64,000 nt of DNA from Phoronis australis (Eukaryota > Animalia > Phoronida). The position numbers and the translations under genes were made by a program. The stretch is taken from positions 124,001 to 188,000 of the forward strand of contig NMRA01000448.1 in NCBI GenBank assembly GCA_002633005.1. Reading direction: 5' to 3'. Of this stretch, positions 1 to 13,025 are shown piece after piece (the stretch's first letter is position 1; the number at the start of each line of letters is the position of its first letter). The notes beneath the pieces are model-generated. The model was not told the origin of the DNA. It saw only the letters and a list, made by a program, of their open reading frames with translations, and made no database searches.

Positions 1-3
1 TAC

Positions 4-456
4 TTATTAAAATCTCTTGGTCTATTTACACCGACCTCTTGTCTATTTACACTGTCACGACGTTTCGGTCGGTTTATTCTCCGGCCACCGTCAAGTGTTC
101 CCGCGTTCTTAGAAGAACGAGCACGGATATGTGGTACACTCATGGTGTGATTTTTTGTCCGAGGCAGGACTTGAACCCACGACTTCTGAAACTACAGATA
201 ATTCGAGTCCAGCGCCTTAATCACTACACCACGGTGTCATCCATTTTTTTCCACTCGAATTACCTGTAGTTTTAGAAGTCGTGGGTTCAAATCCTGCCTA
301 GGAAAAAAATCACACCATGAGTGTACCACATATCCGTGCAAGTTCTTCTAAGAACGCGGGAACACCTGACGATGGCCGGAGAATAGACCGATCGAAACGT
401 CTTGACAATGTAAACAGAAAAGAGGTCGGTGTAAAAAGACCAAGATATTTTAATAA
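4..456. mobile_element. Inverted pair of a ~230-bp tRNA-headed SINE-like repeat carrying a hammerhead-like motif
   Basis: 4-208 is the near reverse complement of 253-456. The minus-strand copy begins with a tRNA-Ser(CGA)-like head (GTGGTGTAGTGATTAAGGCGCTGGACTCGAA...GGGTTCAAGTCC, about 238-156). Both arms carry a (C/T)TGACG(A/G)-stem-GAAACGTC motif and end in an AATAA(A/G) tail. Confidence 0.75.
363..404 (+). ncRNA. Putative minimal type I hammerhead ribozyme (Penelope-type)
   Basis: cac-CTGACGA-t-ggccgg-agaataga-ccgatc-GAAA-CG-TC-ttg: core CUGANGA/GAAA/UH intact, stem II 5 of 6 paired, stem I has one mismatch. The mirror copy (about 56-97, minus) has an intact cac/gtg stem I but two core changes. 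Confidence 0.5.
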
Positions 457-867
457 AAGGTGTAACACGCCACCACCTCAAAGCGGTTTTTAGAAAGTCA
501 TTATGCTATTCTACTACTTCAGCTGCTTATTTGGTGAAGTTTGTACTTCGAGTGATACTAATGTGAAATCGTGACGTCTCCACAGGTAAAGGAGAATTTT
601 TCGAACTTGAAATAATAATAACAATGGCAATGACAATGACAATGATTTTACGCTGAAATGTATCATGGTTTACGTTGACTATAAGTGTCTAATCCGTTGT
701 TGCAGATTCAGAGAACACAATTGAGTTCAAACTCAAAATTTCGAATTCGAGTTTAAAAGAGATGATTTCTGAAATATCACACGACAGATTTTAAAGTGCT
801 CCATGAAGCCGTCTTCCATTAACTTCTGATTTGATCCTACTAATGAAATCGGTCTCAAAATGACCGG

Positions 868-950
868 CCTCATTAAAAATGGCAATATCTCGCGAAGACT
901 TGCGTGGTCTTGCGTCTTCGCGAAATTCTTCAGTCTACCGAATGCAGCCC
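868..950. mobile_element. Fragment of the MITE family seen at 5320-5473
   Basis: Shares ctcattaaaaat and atctcgcgaag(a/t)cttgc with 5390-5437, and ends in gtctaccgaatgcagccc, similar to the reverse complement of the TIR at 5320. Confidence 0.45.
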
Positions 951-1070
951 TGATTCCGGGCTCATAAAATGTTTTTCGACCATTAAACTGATCATACCCC
1001 TTTATACAGTCTCGATGCATTCCATATCTTGCTTGTAGATTGCAGTCCGAATTTTTCGTGCAATTTCACG

Positions 1071-1120
1071 ATGACTCTAAATCCCATGACTCTAAATCGC
1101 ATGACTCTAAATCGCATGAC
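1071..1120. repeat. 15-bp tandem repeat, about 3.3 copies (atgactctaaatcgc)
   Basis: Read directly from sequence. Confidence 0.9.
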
Positions 1121-1707
1121 AAGACGTCGGCTTTTGGCATGCAACTCACTTGAAATAGCCATGAAAGTTTCCCCCATGCCAAATGACGTCGTATGGATGT
1201 CGCAAGCTATTGTTTAACTTGCCAGATCCATGCGACGGCCTAAGGGCGTCGCATGGTTATAGCCTATGGGGTACTACCATTGTTTTCATTTGTTTCGTTT
1301 TGTTGGCTCTCGGATGCAGGTCGCGCGGATATCGTATCTTGGGCACACATCAGCCGGTTACTGATAAATGTTAACCATAATCTTTATCATAAGAAAGAAA
1401 AACAAAGTGAACAATGGATACGCCTATCTATCGGTCTCTATGCGACGAGGATGCGACCGAGTTTCACACAGTGTATCTTAACATGTATAGCTGTTATTGC
1501 TTCATTTCCTGAGACCATATTAACACCAAGCCGTCGACTGGTACGTAGAAGTCATAAAATTTTAGTGAACGTGTTGATTGCGTTTTATTTTAGTTTCCTT
1601 GGGATGTAAAAGTTGTTCATCCGTAATAATTCACGGGTCAAGAGAAGTCCCAACCCTCTCACTGATATGTTAACTGGCTAATCAGTATGTAAATGATAAC
1701 GATAATA

Positions 1708-2349
1708 TCAATTCAACTTACCTTCTACAACTGATTTTCGTGATTTCTCGCTGTCCGATTCACTGGCGCTTTTGAACGTAACATGCGCCTCCTTTTGACG
1801 GCTAAGCAAATGAGTCTTTTTATGTGGCTCTGATGGCACCGCAAGACTCGGAGCAAGATTGTTCCGAATTTCTTCTATTTCCTCGTAAGTGGAATCGGGC
1901 AGTATTTGTTGCGGAGAGTACTTCTCTCTACTACCTGTTGATGTATTGCTTGTGGCCTCGAAGCGTTCATACTCACGCATCAGTTTTGAGAAACTTTTCT
2001 CATAATACGGAGTACTGGAACTTATTGGCCGCTGCAAAACTTGACATATACATAATGATTGACCACAAATGACGCATATGTTGCTTTCGCCATTAAGTGT
2101 GAATTCTGAATCTGTCTCCCATATGCTTTCGCATATTGTGGACGTAACACATGTAGATACGTCATCATCAGTGTCCATGTAGTAGCTTCCACCAGTGCTG
2201 ACGGAAACGCCCGAAAAGGACCGATTGCTCGAAGCGTGGTGACGTCTCTCGCGCTTTTCGTTGCCATAATAATGCGATTTCGTGTGGTCCAACTCGTCGA
2301 TTATTGACTGACACTGAGCATTTATGCTGTGTAAATTTCTGCTACTCAT
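1708..2349 (-). CDS. Uncharacterised Ser/Glu-rich protein, probably one coding exon
   Basis: 213-codon ORF; upstream acceptor ttttgttttag at 2390; strong donor G|GTAAGT at 1722/1721; small Cys cluster CVICGQSLCICQ. No family recognised and no convincing downstream exon found. Confidence 0.5.
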   Translation of the reverse strand: MSSRNLHSINAQCQSIIDELDHTKSHYYGNEKRERRHHASSNRSFSGVSVSTGGSYYMDTDDDVSTCVTSTICESIWETDSEFTLNGESNICVICGQSLCICQVLQRPISSSTPYYEKSFSKLMREYERFEATSNTSTGSREKYSPQQILPDSTYEEIEEIRNNLAPSLAVPSEPHKKTHLLSRQKEAHVTFKSASESDSEKSRKSVVEGKLN

Positions 2350-5319
2350 TATTGTCAGCCGTTGTAATCATTGGAAGTGTGCGCCATGCCTAAAACAAAA
2401 AGAGTACAACTGAGTAGACCGACACACGAGTCTAGTGTCATACATCTAAAAGAACTACTCTTTACATGGGTAAAATTAATTACATTGAATTTGCACTTTT
2501 AGGTTGATTAACTCCAGTAAAGTTTGAGTTGTTGACGGTTTCGATGTTTGTGTTAGTAAAGGAAATCAAGTCCTATCATGTTAAGGACTTTTGAAAGACC
2601 GATTTAATGAGTTTAAGTGGCTTAGTTCACTTTTGGCATCTAATTTCTGAGGAAATGCAGTTTTAATTGATCAGCAGTTCTGTATGTGATCAAATAGTCA
2701 ATTTAGTATTTCACACAAATTTTTAATTACCTTTGGTACAGTGTTTGCGCTCTCACGCTCCAGTGACCAGTGGCATGAAACAGACACAAATAGTAGCTCA
2801 ATGACTACGTTCCTCAATTTTTCACCGCATTCGTGAACTTGTGAAAACCCTAATTGAACTTTCTATGTCTTCATTTCTAAGTCAATTTTTAGTTTAGATG
2901 CAAGTGGAGAGCTGAGTTCTCAATATTTTTCTAAATAGTGCACTGTCCCTAATTAAAAGACTGTTTCCCTATTTATTTTCGTTGAACAGTGACAGTTTTC
3001 AATTGTACTATCATATAATGTCATTAGTAAAAGGAGACCTCATCATAAATACCAAGTTATAGGAAAACATGACATTTGTCAGTAAACAAATTCACAAATG
3101 CACAAAAGATTAGTAACAGAACTAGAAGTCGAGTCTCTATTTGAGATTGCTTCATGCAACCAGTCACAGCACGCTCATTTAGTGTTTTAAAAATAATCAT
3201 TACTGATTTGGATGTAATTATAATTAGGATGCTTACTTTACAGAAATGTCAAACACTTCTCATTTAAGTCTTTTTTCGAGAAAAGCTAATTTCAAATGAG
3301 AAGGTGTTGTCTAGTAGGCTTACTGTACAACTTGCATTTGAAATTATTTGTCCTTAGAAACTTTAGTTCACCCACTAGACAAGGGACCTCGTTTATTTTA
3401 TCAGTTAGAGAGTTTAACAGTTACGTAACCAGTGCTCGATTTGGCAACCTGCAAGTCGCCAATGCGGTCACCTCGGAGAAACCTCAAATAGCCACTAAGT
3501 CGTCACAGCGAGTATCAAAGTCAAACAATAATTTCACCGAAATTCGTATCATAATTTGTTAGAATTAATAACATTTTCCTTTGGTGTAATAACCTTTGAT
3601 TCACAAGTGTATTTGTCACCCTCAGCAGTCAGTACAGTACCCTCTGACCAAAGATACTATATCTATACCTGTATCTATAAAATCTTTGCTCTGACGCAGC
3701 ACCACCTATACTGAAAGTGGCCCTGTGGAACGACACACAGAATTCCGTGTGTGGACATTGATGCGCATGCCTAGGTCAGAAAATACCGATCACATCACCA
3801 CCACTTGCACACGCTTTTATGCACTGTACTAGTTTGGGCTTAAGCCACCGGATCGGGGGTTCCTAGATTTTGTCCACTTTGATCACTACCATTTTAGTAA
3901 ATTGCAACTATTCAAGCTCAAAGGTGGTCGCGCGCGCCATATTAGGGGGCACACTACAGTTATTACAGGCTTTTGGCTGCCGATGCACACCGAAGTAGAG
4001 ATGGTCCCTTTCCTAAAGTTCTAATCGAGAGTCTGAAAAACAAAGGGTTTTGTAGCATTCCCAACCACAAGCACTACTCATGATAACTGAAACTTAATTA
4101 CGCTACAGACTTTTAATCGATTCATTCACATCATAAAAAAGTCCAGGCACCCAAAAATATTAAAAAAAACAAATTTGACAGTTTTCTCCCCAAAATTACC
4201 ACTTCCCTGCAAGTGCTAGGAAAGATCCGACTACAGATTCAGAATGCTCGTACTCTCTAGATTCTAAAAATGGGGTCATAGTATGGCCCTTATTAGCTAC
4301 TTTTTGGCAATTTTGATCTGTCTGACAGCTGCCTGAGATCGCACCAGGTTTCTCGGACAGCAGGCGACAGGGGTGAAAGCAAATGACAGCCACCATTTTG
4401 CATCAAAAGTAGGTCACGGCTAAAAAACTTAGCTCTTCTCATTCAAAAACACAAGTAAATCAGTTTCATGGCATTTGTTTTCAACAAATTCCTCGAACCA
4501 CCCGCCAAACCTGATATACGCTCTGTACATAAATTCTAGGGACTAGACTAGAAAATACCCTGTGGCTACAGGCTAACTGTACAGTGCTACCTTACGTATA
4601 ACAGTAAACAGAAAGGGGGTTCCTCATATTTCAACCAATGGGAATGACTGAATATTATGACGTCGGTTTCAATACTTTAACTAATGAGAATCCGTATTAA
4701 ACAACAACCTAAACGTGCTACCTTTCGTAGCACTGTGAAAGCATTTGGGTCTGGGCCTGAGGAAGCGTCCGCTCGACTTCCATTGATTCGAGCGGACGGT
4801 CTTATGTGCATAAATTAGCAAGTCCTTGACCTCAATACACGTGTTTAGCCTGAGGCAAAGATCCTTATCTAATTATCGCGTTGCCTGCCATTGTGTACCG
4901 TAATTTTCACACAAATTTCAATTTGGAAACCACCGTAATCGAATTCTTCATGAAAAATAAAGATTTATTCTTTTTTGAACGGAAAATGTTGACCCAGAAT
5001 TAAACGAAATACCCCGGTGAAAAGTAAACTTGAACAACAGTTTACTGGAAATTCTGGGGATTCTTCAGGAGACTCTTACGTGCATCCTTGTGTTGTGATC
5101 CTGATTCGTAACAGAATAAAATTTAAATTTTATTCGTGTTAATAACGTGTTTATCATCCATTTTAATGTAATAGAATACAATTTTGACAATGATAAGTCA
5201 TGTTTAACACCATTCCACAGTGCTACCTTTCATAGCACTGTGAAAGAGTGTAACCAAACATGCGCATTACAACAGGAAGTCAACAGAGGGAAGTTGGAAT
5301 TGTTCATTCGACAAAAATC

Positions 5320-5473
5320 GGGCGTGCGTTCAGTAGACGCTAGGACCTACGCTAGGACCTAGCTAAAACCTAGTCAAAGTCACGTGCTCTCATTAAAAAT
5401 GCACGGCAATGTCTCACGTAATCTCGCGAAGTCTTGCTTTTTAGCGAGGTCCTAACGTTACTGAACGGGAGGC
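5320..5473. mobile_element. MITE-like element with ~35-bp imperfect terminal inverted repeats
   Basis: Left cgttcagtagacgctaggacct(a)gctaaaa versus right ttttagcgaggtcctaacgttactgaacg; the GGGC..GCGTTC start resembles PIF/Harbinger-type TIRs (class is inference). Confidence 0.55.
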
Positions 5474-6756
5474 GGGTAAGTTCGGACCATAAAACACGTG
5501 CCTCCATTGTATCCGATCGTCTGCGTTCTGCAGGAGGAAGTAAGTTAGATCATAAATCATAACAATCACAGACATCTTTTTCGCTTCAGCCCAGCTCCCT
5601 CACAAATTCCTGGCCTGCACGCCGTTCAGTACTTTTTCTCCCTAATTGCAGCATATAGAGAAAAAGCAAGATTTCCCTTGCCGCGCGCAACTCAGGTCAC
5701 TGCTTGCTTATGAGCTCAACATGACATGATACCTCAAAACGTTTAGGGATTCTTAGGACCGGTTAGGGTCTGGTCTAACACGATATTTTCTGAACTAATG
5801 TTATGTTGAGACGACTGTAAATCACATGCACATATTCCCTACCTCGTTAGAAAGCCGAGCTGTATAGTCATATCATCATCACACCTTCGACATGTTAGAT
5901 GTTTAACTATTTGGTGATAACACGTCCTTGATTCTATTTAATTTGTTCCACTGTTTCATCTTAATAGCCTGCGTTCCAGTGTTTCTGGTATGATATCGTG
6001 CACTATCTCGTCAGCAGATTGATTTATTAAAATTAAATGTCGGTTATGTGACTTCAGGACAATACAGGCGTCACATTGAACGTAAATCCAACGTAATGTG
6101 CAGCTGGACAAATTTGGTCAGACTTCCGATGTAAGTCCTACGGATTTCAGGTGAAATATTTCAAAACATTAGAATAGTAGTTAATAAACGCAAACTGACT
6201 TCCTGGAAATCATACTGTCACCATAGATCACACTATAGCTTATGCTGCCACTAAAAAGATTTAATATAAAAGTTCAAAAAGCGAAATCTGAACAAAAAGT
6301 TCTTTATACCACTCTCTATTATATTTGCACAGTTCTTGTGACAAACTCAACGCAAAACCGTCTCCGTTGTATTTTTATATTCTCTGTCTTGTTTGCTGAT
6401 CGTAAATCAGACGTATGTATGAATATCATGGCAGTGCTCCCATGTATAGCTTAGAAGATCGTAAAAGATTTCATATCGAAATAGCCCTGGCAGCCGATCT
6501 ATCAACCGTAGACCGGTAATCATTGTTTGGCAACGTGTTTATTACTATCGATGAGAACGAATCTGAAACGTGGGGTCAACTTATCTCCCTGTAATTACCA
6601 TACATAATCCAACAGGAGCAAAATCGTTCACAGCCAGGTGTTTTATGATATGTAGTTTCAATGCACTTGGACAGGAACTCGCCATATCAATGTCAGGACA
6701 ATGCTAAGTGTCGTTGGACTTTTTCATAACACCGTATCTTGAAATATCTTTCAAAA

Positions 6757-8965
6757 CTAAGTGCTTGTTGTGTTGTTTAGTGGCAGCTTTCGTAGACAGA
6801 TTAGATCTTATCAACATTGCTCTGAGCATTCATTGTTGTTTTTTTATAACTTTCGGAGGACTGCCAATCACACAACACTTAGCAATCATATGATCCCCAG
6901 CGTATCGTGCTCTTGTCCGTGTTAAACAGTGAACTGAAACTTAGTTAACTTCTCTTTTTTAGCTTACACTGTTGGAAGTCAGTGTTGTATACACCGAATA
7001 GTTTTTCATCCATTTTTTGTAACTACTGTACTTCAAGGTGATTTGCAGTGCTGTTAAGCAAGTTTGTTGCCATCTTGATCACAATAATACAGTTCTCATT
7101 GCGATCTTAAAAACGAGGCAAAACCAAATGAAAACCATTCGACAAAGTCTCCTGTTTCCGCCAGTCCCATACCCGTTTCGTCAAATGTTAAGATGAGTTC
7201 GGAGACGTTTTCAGAATGAGATTGACTTGGCAATGTGTATAACTTGTTTAAAAGCGTGATTTAGTCATTGCCACTTGGAGTCGTTAATCTTCTTCAGATC
7301 TGAACTTTTTATACACGCTGAAGACTCCAAGACAACCACGAATACAGCGATTTTGAAGCAAACTTTGTACAAATAGCATAAATGTTAAAAATCTTGCAGA
7401 CGAGCCTCATACTAAGTGGGTAAGATGGGAGAGATGAAGGTTAGACATTTCATTGCGTCTGCGAAATATTTAGGGTTATGTTAAAAGATGCGTAACATCA
7501 TCGGATGTAAGGCCTATATAGTAGAGAAGAACGATCGTTGGATACATGCAAATGCTAGTGTGTCCATTGTGAGGTACTGACGTCGAGATGCCAACACCTC
7601 TAAGTCTTTTTAGTCTGTCAGAGGTTAAGGAGCAATCATTTCAATGGTATAATCATGTCTAAGCACATGTTAACAAAAAGAAAATGTCTATATACTTGAA
7701 AGAAATTGGCAAACGTAGGAGCTTCACCAATGAAGAGAATAACTTTATGACTGAGGGTTCTCGTCAGCCCCTATCATTTTGTTCAGCTTGGTACCTTGTA
7801 CATGGCGAGTCCACCACAAACGTTTCCAGACCACCTGCCTTATACTGTCGCTACGGTTNCTAAGTGCTTGTTGTGTTGTTTAGTGGCAGCTTTCGTAGAC
7901 AGATTAGATCTTATCAACATTGCTCTGAGCATTCATTGTTGTTTTTTTTATAACTTTCGGAGGACTGCCAATCACACAACACTTAGCAATCATATGATCC
8001 CCAGCGTATCGTGCTCTTGTCCGTGTTAAACAGTGAACTGAAACTTAGTTAACTTCTCGTCTTTAGCTTACTCTGTTGGAAGACAGTGTTGTATTCACCG
8101 AATAGTTTTTCATCCATTTTTTGTAACTACTGTACTTCAAGGTGATTTGCAGTGCTGTTAAGCAAGTTTGTTGCCATCTTGGTCACAATAATACAGTTCT
8201 CATTGCGATCTTAAAAACGAGGCAAAACCAAATGAAAACCATTCGACAAAGTCTCCTGTTTCCGCCAGTCCCATACCCGTTTCGTCAAAATGTTAAGATG
8301 AGGACGGAGACGTTTTCAGAATGAGATTGACTTGGCAATGTGTATAACTTGTTTAAAAGCGTGATTTAGTCATTGCCACTTGGAGTCGTTAATCTTCTTC
8401 AGATCTGAACTTTTTATACCCACTGAAGACTCCAAGACAACCACGAATACAGCGATTTTGAAGCAAACTTTGTACAAATAGCATAAATGTTAAAAATCTT
8501 GCAGACGAGCCACATACTAAGTGCGTGAGAAGGGAAAGATGAAAGTTAGACATTTCATTGCGTCTGCGAAATATTCAGGGTTATGTTAAAAGATGCGTAA
8601 CATCATCGGATGTAAGGCCTATATAGTAGAGAAGAACGATCGTTGGATACATGCAAATGCTAGTGTGTCCTTTGTGAGGTACTGACGTCGAGATGGCAAC
8701 ACCTCTAACAGTCTTTTTAGTCTGTCAGAGGTTAAGGAGCAATCATTTCAATGGTATAATCATGTCTAAGCACATGTTAACAAAAAGAAAATGTCTATAT
8801 ACTTGAAAGAAGTTGGCAAACGTAGGAGCTTCACCAATGAAGAGAATAACTTTATGACTGAGGGTTCTCGTCAGCCCCTATCATTTTGTTCAGCTTGGTA
8901 CCTTGTACATGGCGAGTCCACCACAAACGTTTCCAGACCACCTGCCTTATACTGTCGCTACGGTT
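6757..8965. repeat. 1.1-kb tandem duplication split by N at 7859 (likely uncollapsed haplotypes)
   Basis: 6757-7858 matches 7860-8965 with scattered SNPs and small indels; a single N lies exactly at the junction. Confidence 0.9.
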
Positions 8966-11900
8966 TTAAATTTCAATGAATTATGCATATAGACCATCGG
9001 TATAAAATGTACCTTAATAATTACAAAAATCCTTATTCAGGCTCTGTTATTGGTTTTATATTGTAGCGCTTACGTAAGATTTCTTTGGCTTCTGATTTTT
9101 GAAAATATTAAAATTAATGTACAGCGCATCGTGTGGAGAAAAACAAAAAGAAATTTAGGCAACACCTTTTGTACACTAGCCGTGAGACTAAAATATTGCT
9201 TTCCACAACTGCCTAAGGTTACTTTATAAATTCGATGCGGTTGTTTACAATAGTAATGCCTGTGAAGTGCACAAAACGATGAATATGACACTGACCAACA
9301 GTGAGAGATACGAATTTAAAAGTGTTCGACACAGTTTTGCTAAAAAGCAGTAAAACAGTGGTAGTTTTTGGACAACAACCAAAGCTCTTTGAGTATCACA
9401 TGTCATTTCAAGTATCAGATTATTGAGGCGTTTAGTTATAGCGCCCCGCGATATCAAATCTCAGAATGACATCATACTAAACTCGAAAGTAGATATTAGG
9501 TGTGTCTTGGTGTGAAGAAACTTCTTGTATTAAATTATTTATGTCAACTAAACTTTTCATAATTCCAACAACAGAACATAACTTCCACGTAATGAAATAC
9601 AGCGATCTAATCTTGAACTTGATTTTGGGGCGCTTTTGAGAAGGTTAAATCCCGCATTCTTAAAATAACTCGAAAACGTTTGTTCTCTCCTTACCAAGAC
9701 AACACGATGAGCGTCAAAATGAAACATGAAAGAAAAAAGCAACAGGTGTAACTTTTTGTTTAGAAGCCGAAACGCTAACATTTGAGGAAATGAAAATAAA
9801 AAAAATGTTCAGAAAATCAGTGACCGGGAAATGTACCTAAATCCGTTAAAACATAACACGAAATGAATCCGTTTTCAAAAAAGATTTTAATCAGCGGTTT
9901 ATATTTTTGCCGTAGGAGTATTTGCTTAGGCGGCTGTAACTGAATAACTAATTTGGTGATTCCTACATCTTTTACAAATTTATGTTAGGCAAAAACTAAA
10001 ATGCAAAATATTAAAATTTTAAAAAATTTCAACGATAAATCAAAACTGTGTCGAACCCCCTTAAAAGATGTCGTATTGCGCATTCGAAGTTCTTGAGATT
10101 TGAAGGGTATTGCAAACTTATTAGGTCGACACTTACCTTCTTCACTAAGGGTCAGTTCTTCAAACATATTTTAAACGTTAAAGATTGATAATTTGTAGAA
10201 CCCTGTATTTTTCGAGTCGTGGACAAATACAGAAACGTGTTATGAAAACGACGTGAGAACGTCTGTGGTCAGGTGACCGTGGTCTTTTAATAGACGCAAA
10301 AAACTTAGAAGTTCAGTTTCCTTTTTTGAATTGACTAAATAAAGGACCTGTATTAACTATCGAGGCTTCCTAAGGTTGCGAAGTCAACCCTCAAATGAGG
10401 AAACCTACGAACTCCACATTGAATGTTTCCAATTGAAATACATTCGTAATTAAACCAAGATGTTTGTTTTCTCTCCCTCAGATGGGCCTCGTGAAATGCA
10501 AAAATTAAAACTGCAAGCCCATGAGACTGTTGCCCTGCACTTACATCTAACTGTGTTGGCTTGCATAGTGCATCAAATTTCAAGCAATCATGGTTCTACA
10601 TACCCAAATTATGGAACATCCACTAAGCGAGTGACGTAACCAACACCTGGTCTAATCTATTCAGTAGGTAGGTAAAACAGGTATGCGGCGATCACGTACA
10701 TGTCGTTGCAAGACCAAATAAGATAACTGTTTCGATTATCTTGCCACTTAAAACATGTAGTTTACACTGGTCTCGTGTTTGAAAGTTAACCCCCTTAGAT
10801 ACAAAGCTAATATGTTGTAATATCTATATCCTCTACTCACGAGCGGCGGCTTTATAGTTAAGCAGCTTGACGTACAACCTGACGTTGAAAAAACAGCAGC
10901 TCCTTTGCCTATAACATGATACGCACTCGGCCACCTTACGATAACAGTTTCAGTGTTGAGACAATAATAGGGTTGTATTTTTAATACAATCGCTCGGTGT
11001 TGAGTTTCTTTCAGTCGTTTTGTTTACGCTCAGAATGAAGAAACAAAGGGGAAATGTGGCGATGGCGAAACAGTCAATCCTTTTACGCGCCCATTCAGAA
11101 ATCTACGTATAGTTGGCCGTGAGAAATTCTCTTCTTTTATCAATTAAAATTTCGTCAAGTAGTGAGGAAAATGTTTTCGAACAGTTCCCCTTGCGGTAAA
11201 AATAAGAACATTGTAGCTGCCTGGAATCAGGCAAAGTTGAAGACGTTCATTCTTCACATGATTTTTGTTTGACCTGGCGGTATCCGTTACGCGTTGCGTA
11301 ACTTCTTGAAATGGATGAGGGGGGCTCCAACTATGATAAATAAACGGTATAATTCATCGTCAGAAATGACCGAAAGAATAAATATAACCGTCTTCGTTGT
11401 GATATGGCATTAAGCACATTGCACAATACATGCAAAGGCATAGTAGTACAAGTTCAGCTTTTAAATCGTCAGAAATAAGATACAAGCACCTTAAACTCAT
11501 TATTATCGGCCACAATATCGCTACAACTCCAACTGCCGCAGTCCGATCCTTTGCAAGCACAGCTGAACGCCAAGCGGCAATTATCCCTAGGTAGCCGAGT
11601 GTTTTATCGATTTACCTGATGAGGTCTGGATTCGATTCGAATGGCTGGAAGTTAACGCTGGGAATCAGTGATTTCCAATGAAATCGCAAGACCACTACCG
11701 ATCTTGCTTTTTAACAGCTTTAGGGAAAGTAATAACTTAAGGGGTCGCCAATGTTGTTTCTATCGGTAGTTTCGAAATTTTAAAGCTACATTTCGCCCTG
11801 TTTAACTGGCTAAAAAACGAAAATCAAATTAGACCCTTCACTCTCATAGACTCGGTCTCATAATATTGTTTACCAAGGTAGGATTCTATTTCCGTTACCA

Positions 11901-12846
11901 ACAAGAACATCGAAACCATCAACAACTCAAGAGCTGGTCAGCCCAAAAATTCGAAATTTGGCGCATGCGCGCATTGTCTGTGATTTGAGTTGTCGGCTTA
12001 TTCGGCAACAATTCAAGAAAGGATAGAGTGGAAATAAGTTTAAACCCCGAAGAGCTTAAGTCAACAATTCAACATTGACAGCTAAACAGGTAGAAACGGA
12101 GCTTTGAAAAACGTTATCTTTAGGAAAACCCCGCTGTTCCGCATAGAGAGTACTTCTCCACTCTTTATCGATGGTCGTCATCGACACTTTATAACATTCT
12201 AGAATCGTTCCGCCCCTCTATCCAACATAGATGTTGTATGATTAAGGACGATCGGTAACGAAGTTATACCCAGTGGGTTGCTGTTGTCGTTGCCTTTAAT
12301 AAGTAAAAATTGTGATGCACTAAGCCAGTGGCATCATCAACAGACAGAAATGTAAAAATAGATGTATTATTATTATTTATGCTGAAAATAAGTAATCTTA
12401 CTCAGAATGACAAAAGACACGGAAAAATAAAAGGATTTACGATGGAAAATGCATTTTGGGATTAATATTGGATTGTGGGTATAGACTTCCTGAAATTATT
12501 AACTTTGACAACAAAATTCCTTGTATTTTAATTGATTACAAATCACTAATTCTCAACGTTGTCTGCCAAACATTGGCTGAAACCAGTGCCAGTGATTTCA
12601 CCGTACGCGTACAATACATTGTCGGTTATCGAGTGGGATTTAGCACCGCCAGCAAAGCGTTATGCTGTGACCGCGAGGGTTCCAGGCTCGATTAGGCGCT
12701 GAAGCTGATTTTAGAAAATCACTTTCCTCGCCGATAATGAACCCCAGCATTGTGCTCATGATGCCATATCCGTTAAATACAGCTCAGCTGCCGTTGAATA
12801 AAAATTCAATTGCATAATTCGTGTGTTACCCTCGTCAGATGAAGAG

Positions 12847-13025
12847 TTATTATTATTGTTGTCATTATTGTTGCTATAATAATAATAATAATGATAGTGA
12901 TAATGATTGTAATAATAACAATAATAATTTTCATTATTATTATTGTTATTAGTGTCAGTATCAGTATCAGCATCTCTATTGGTATAATCATTGTTGTCAT
13001 TATTACCATCATCATTATTATTATT
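12847..13025. repeat. Degenerate (ATT/AAT)n microsatellite
   Basis: Runs of att, aat and atc triplets; explains the poly-Asn/Ile/Tyr ORFs in the ORF track. Confidence 0.9.

Noticed and set aside
156-238. Functional tRNA-Ser gene
   Set aside because: Anticodon and acceptor stems pair poorly and the sequence is part of a repeated unit; treated as a SINE-like head.
733-1217. ORFs of 61-95 aa as a continuation of the 1708-2349 gene
   Set aside because: They run through a MITE fragment and a 15-bp tandem repeat, and no in-frame splice to 1722 was found.
3648-3687. Short inverted repeat caaagat...atctttg
   Set aside because: Too short and AT-rich to interpret.
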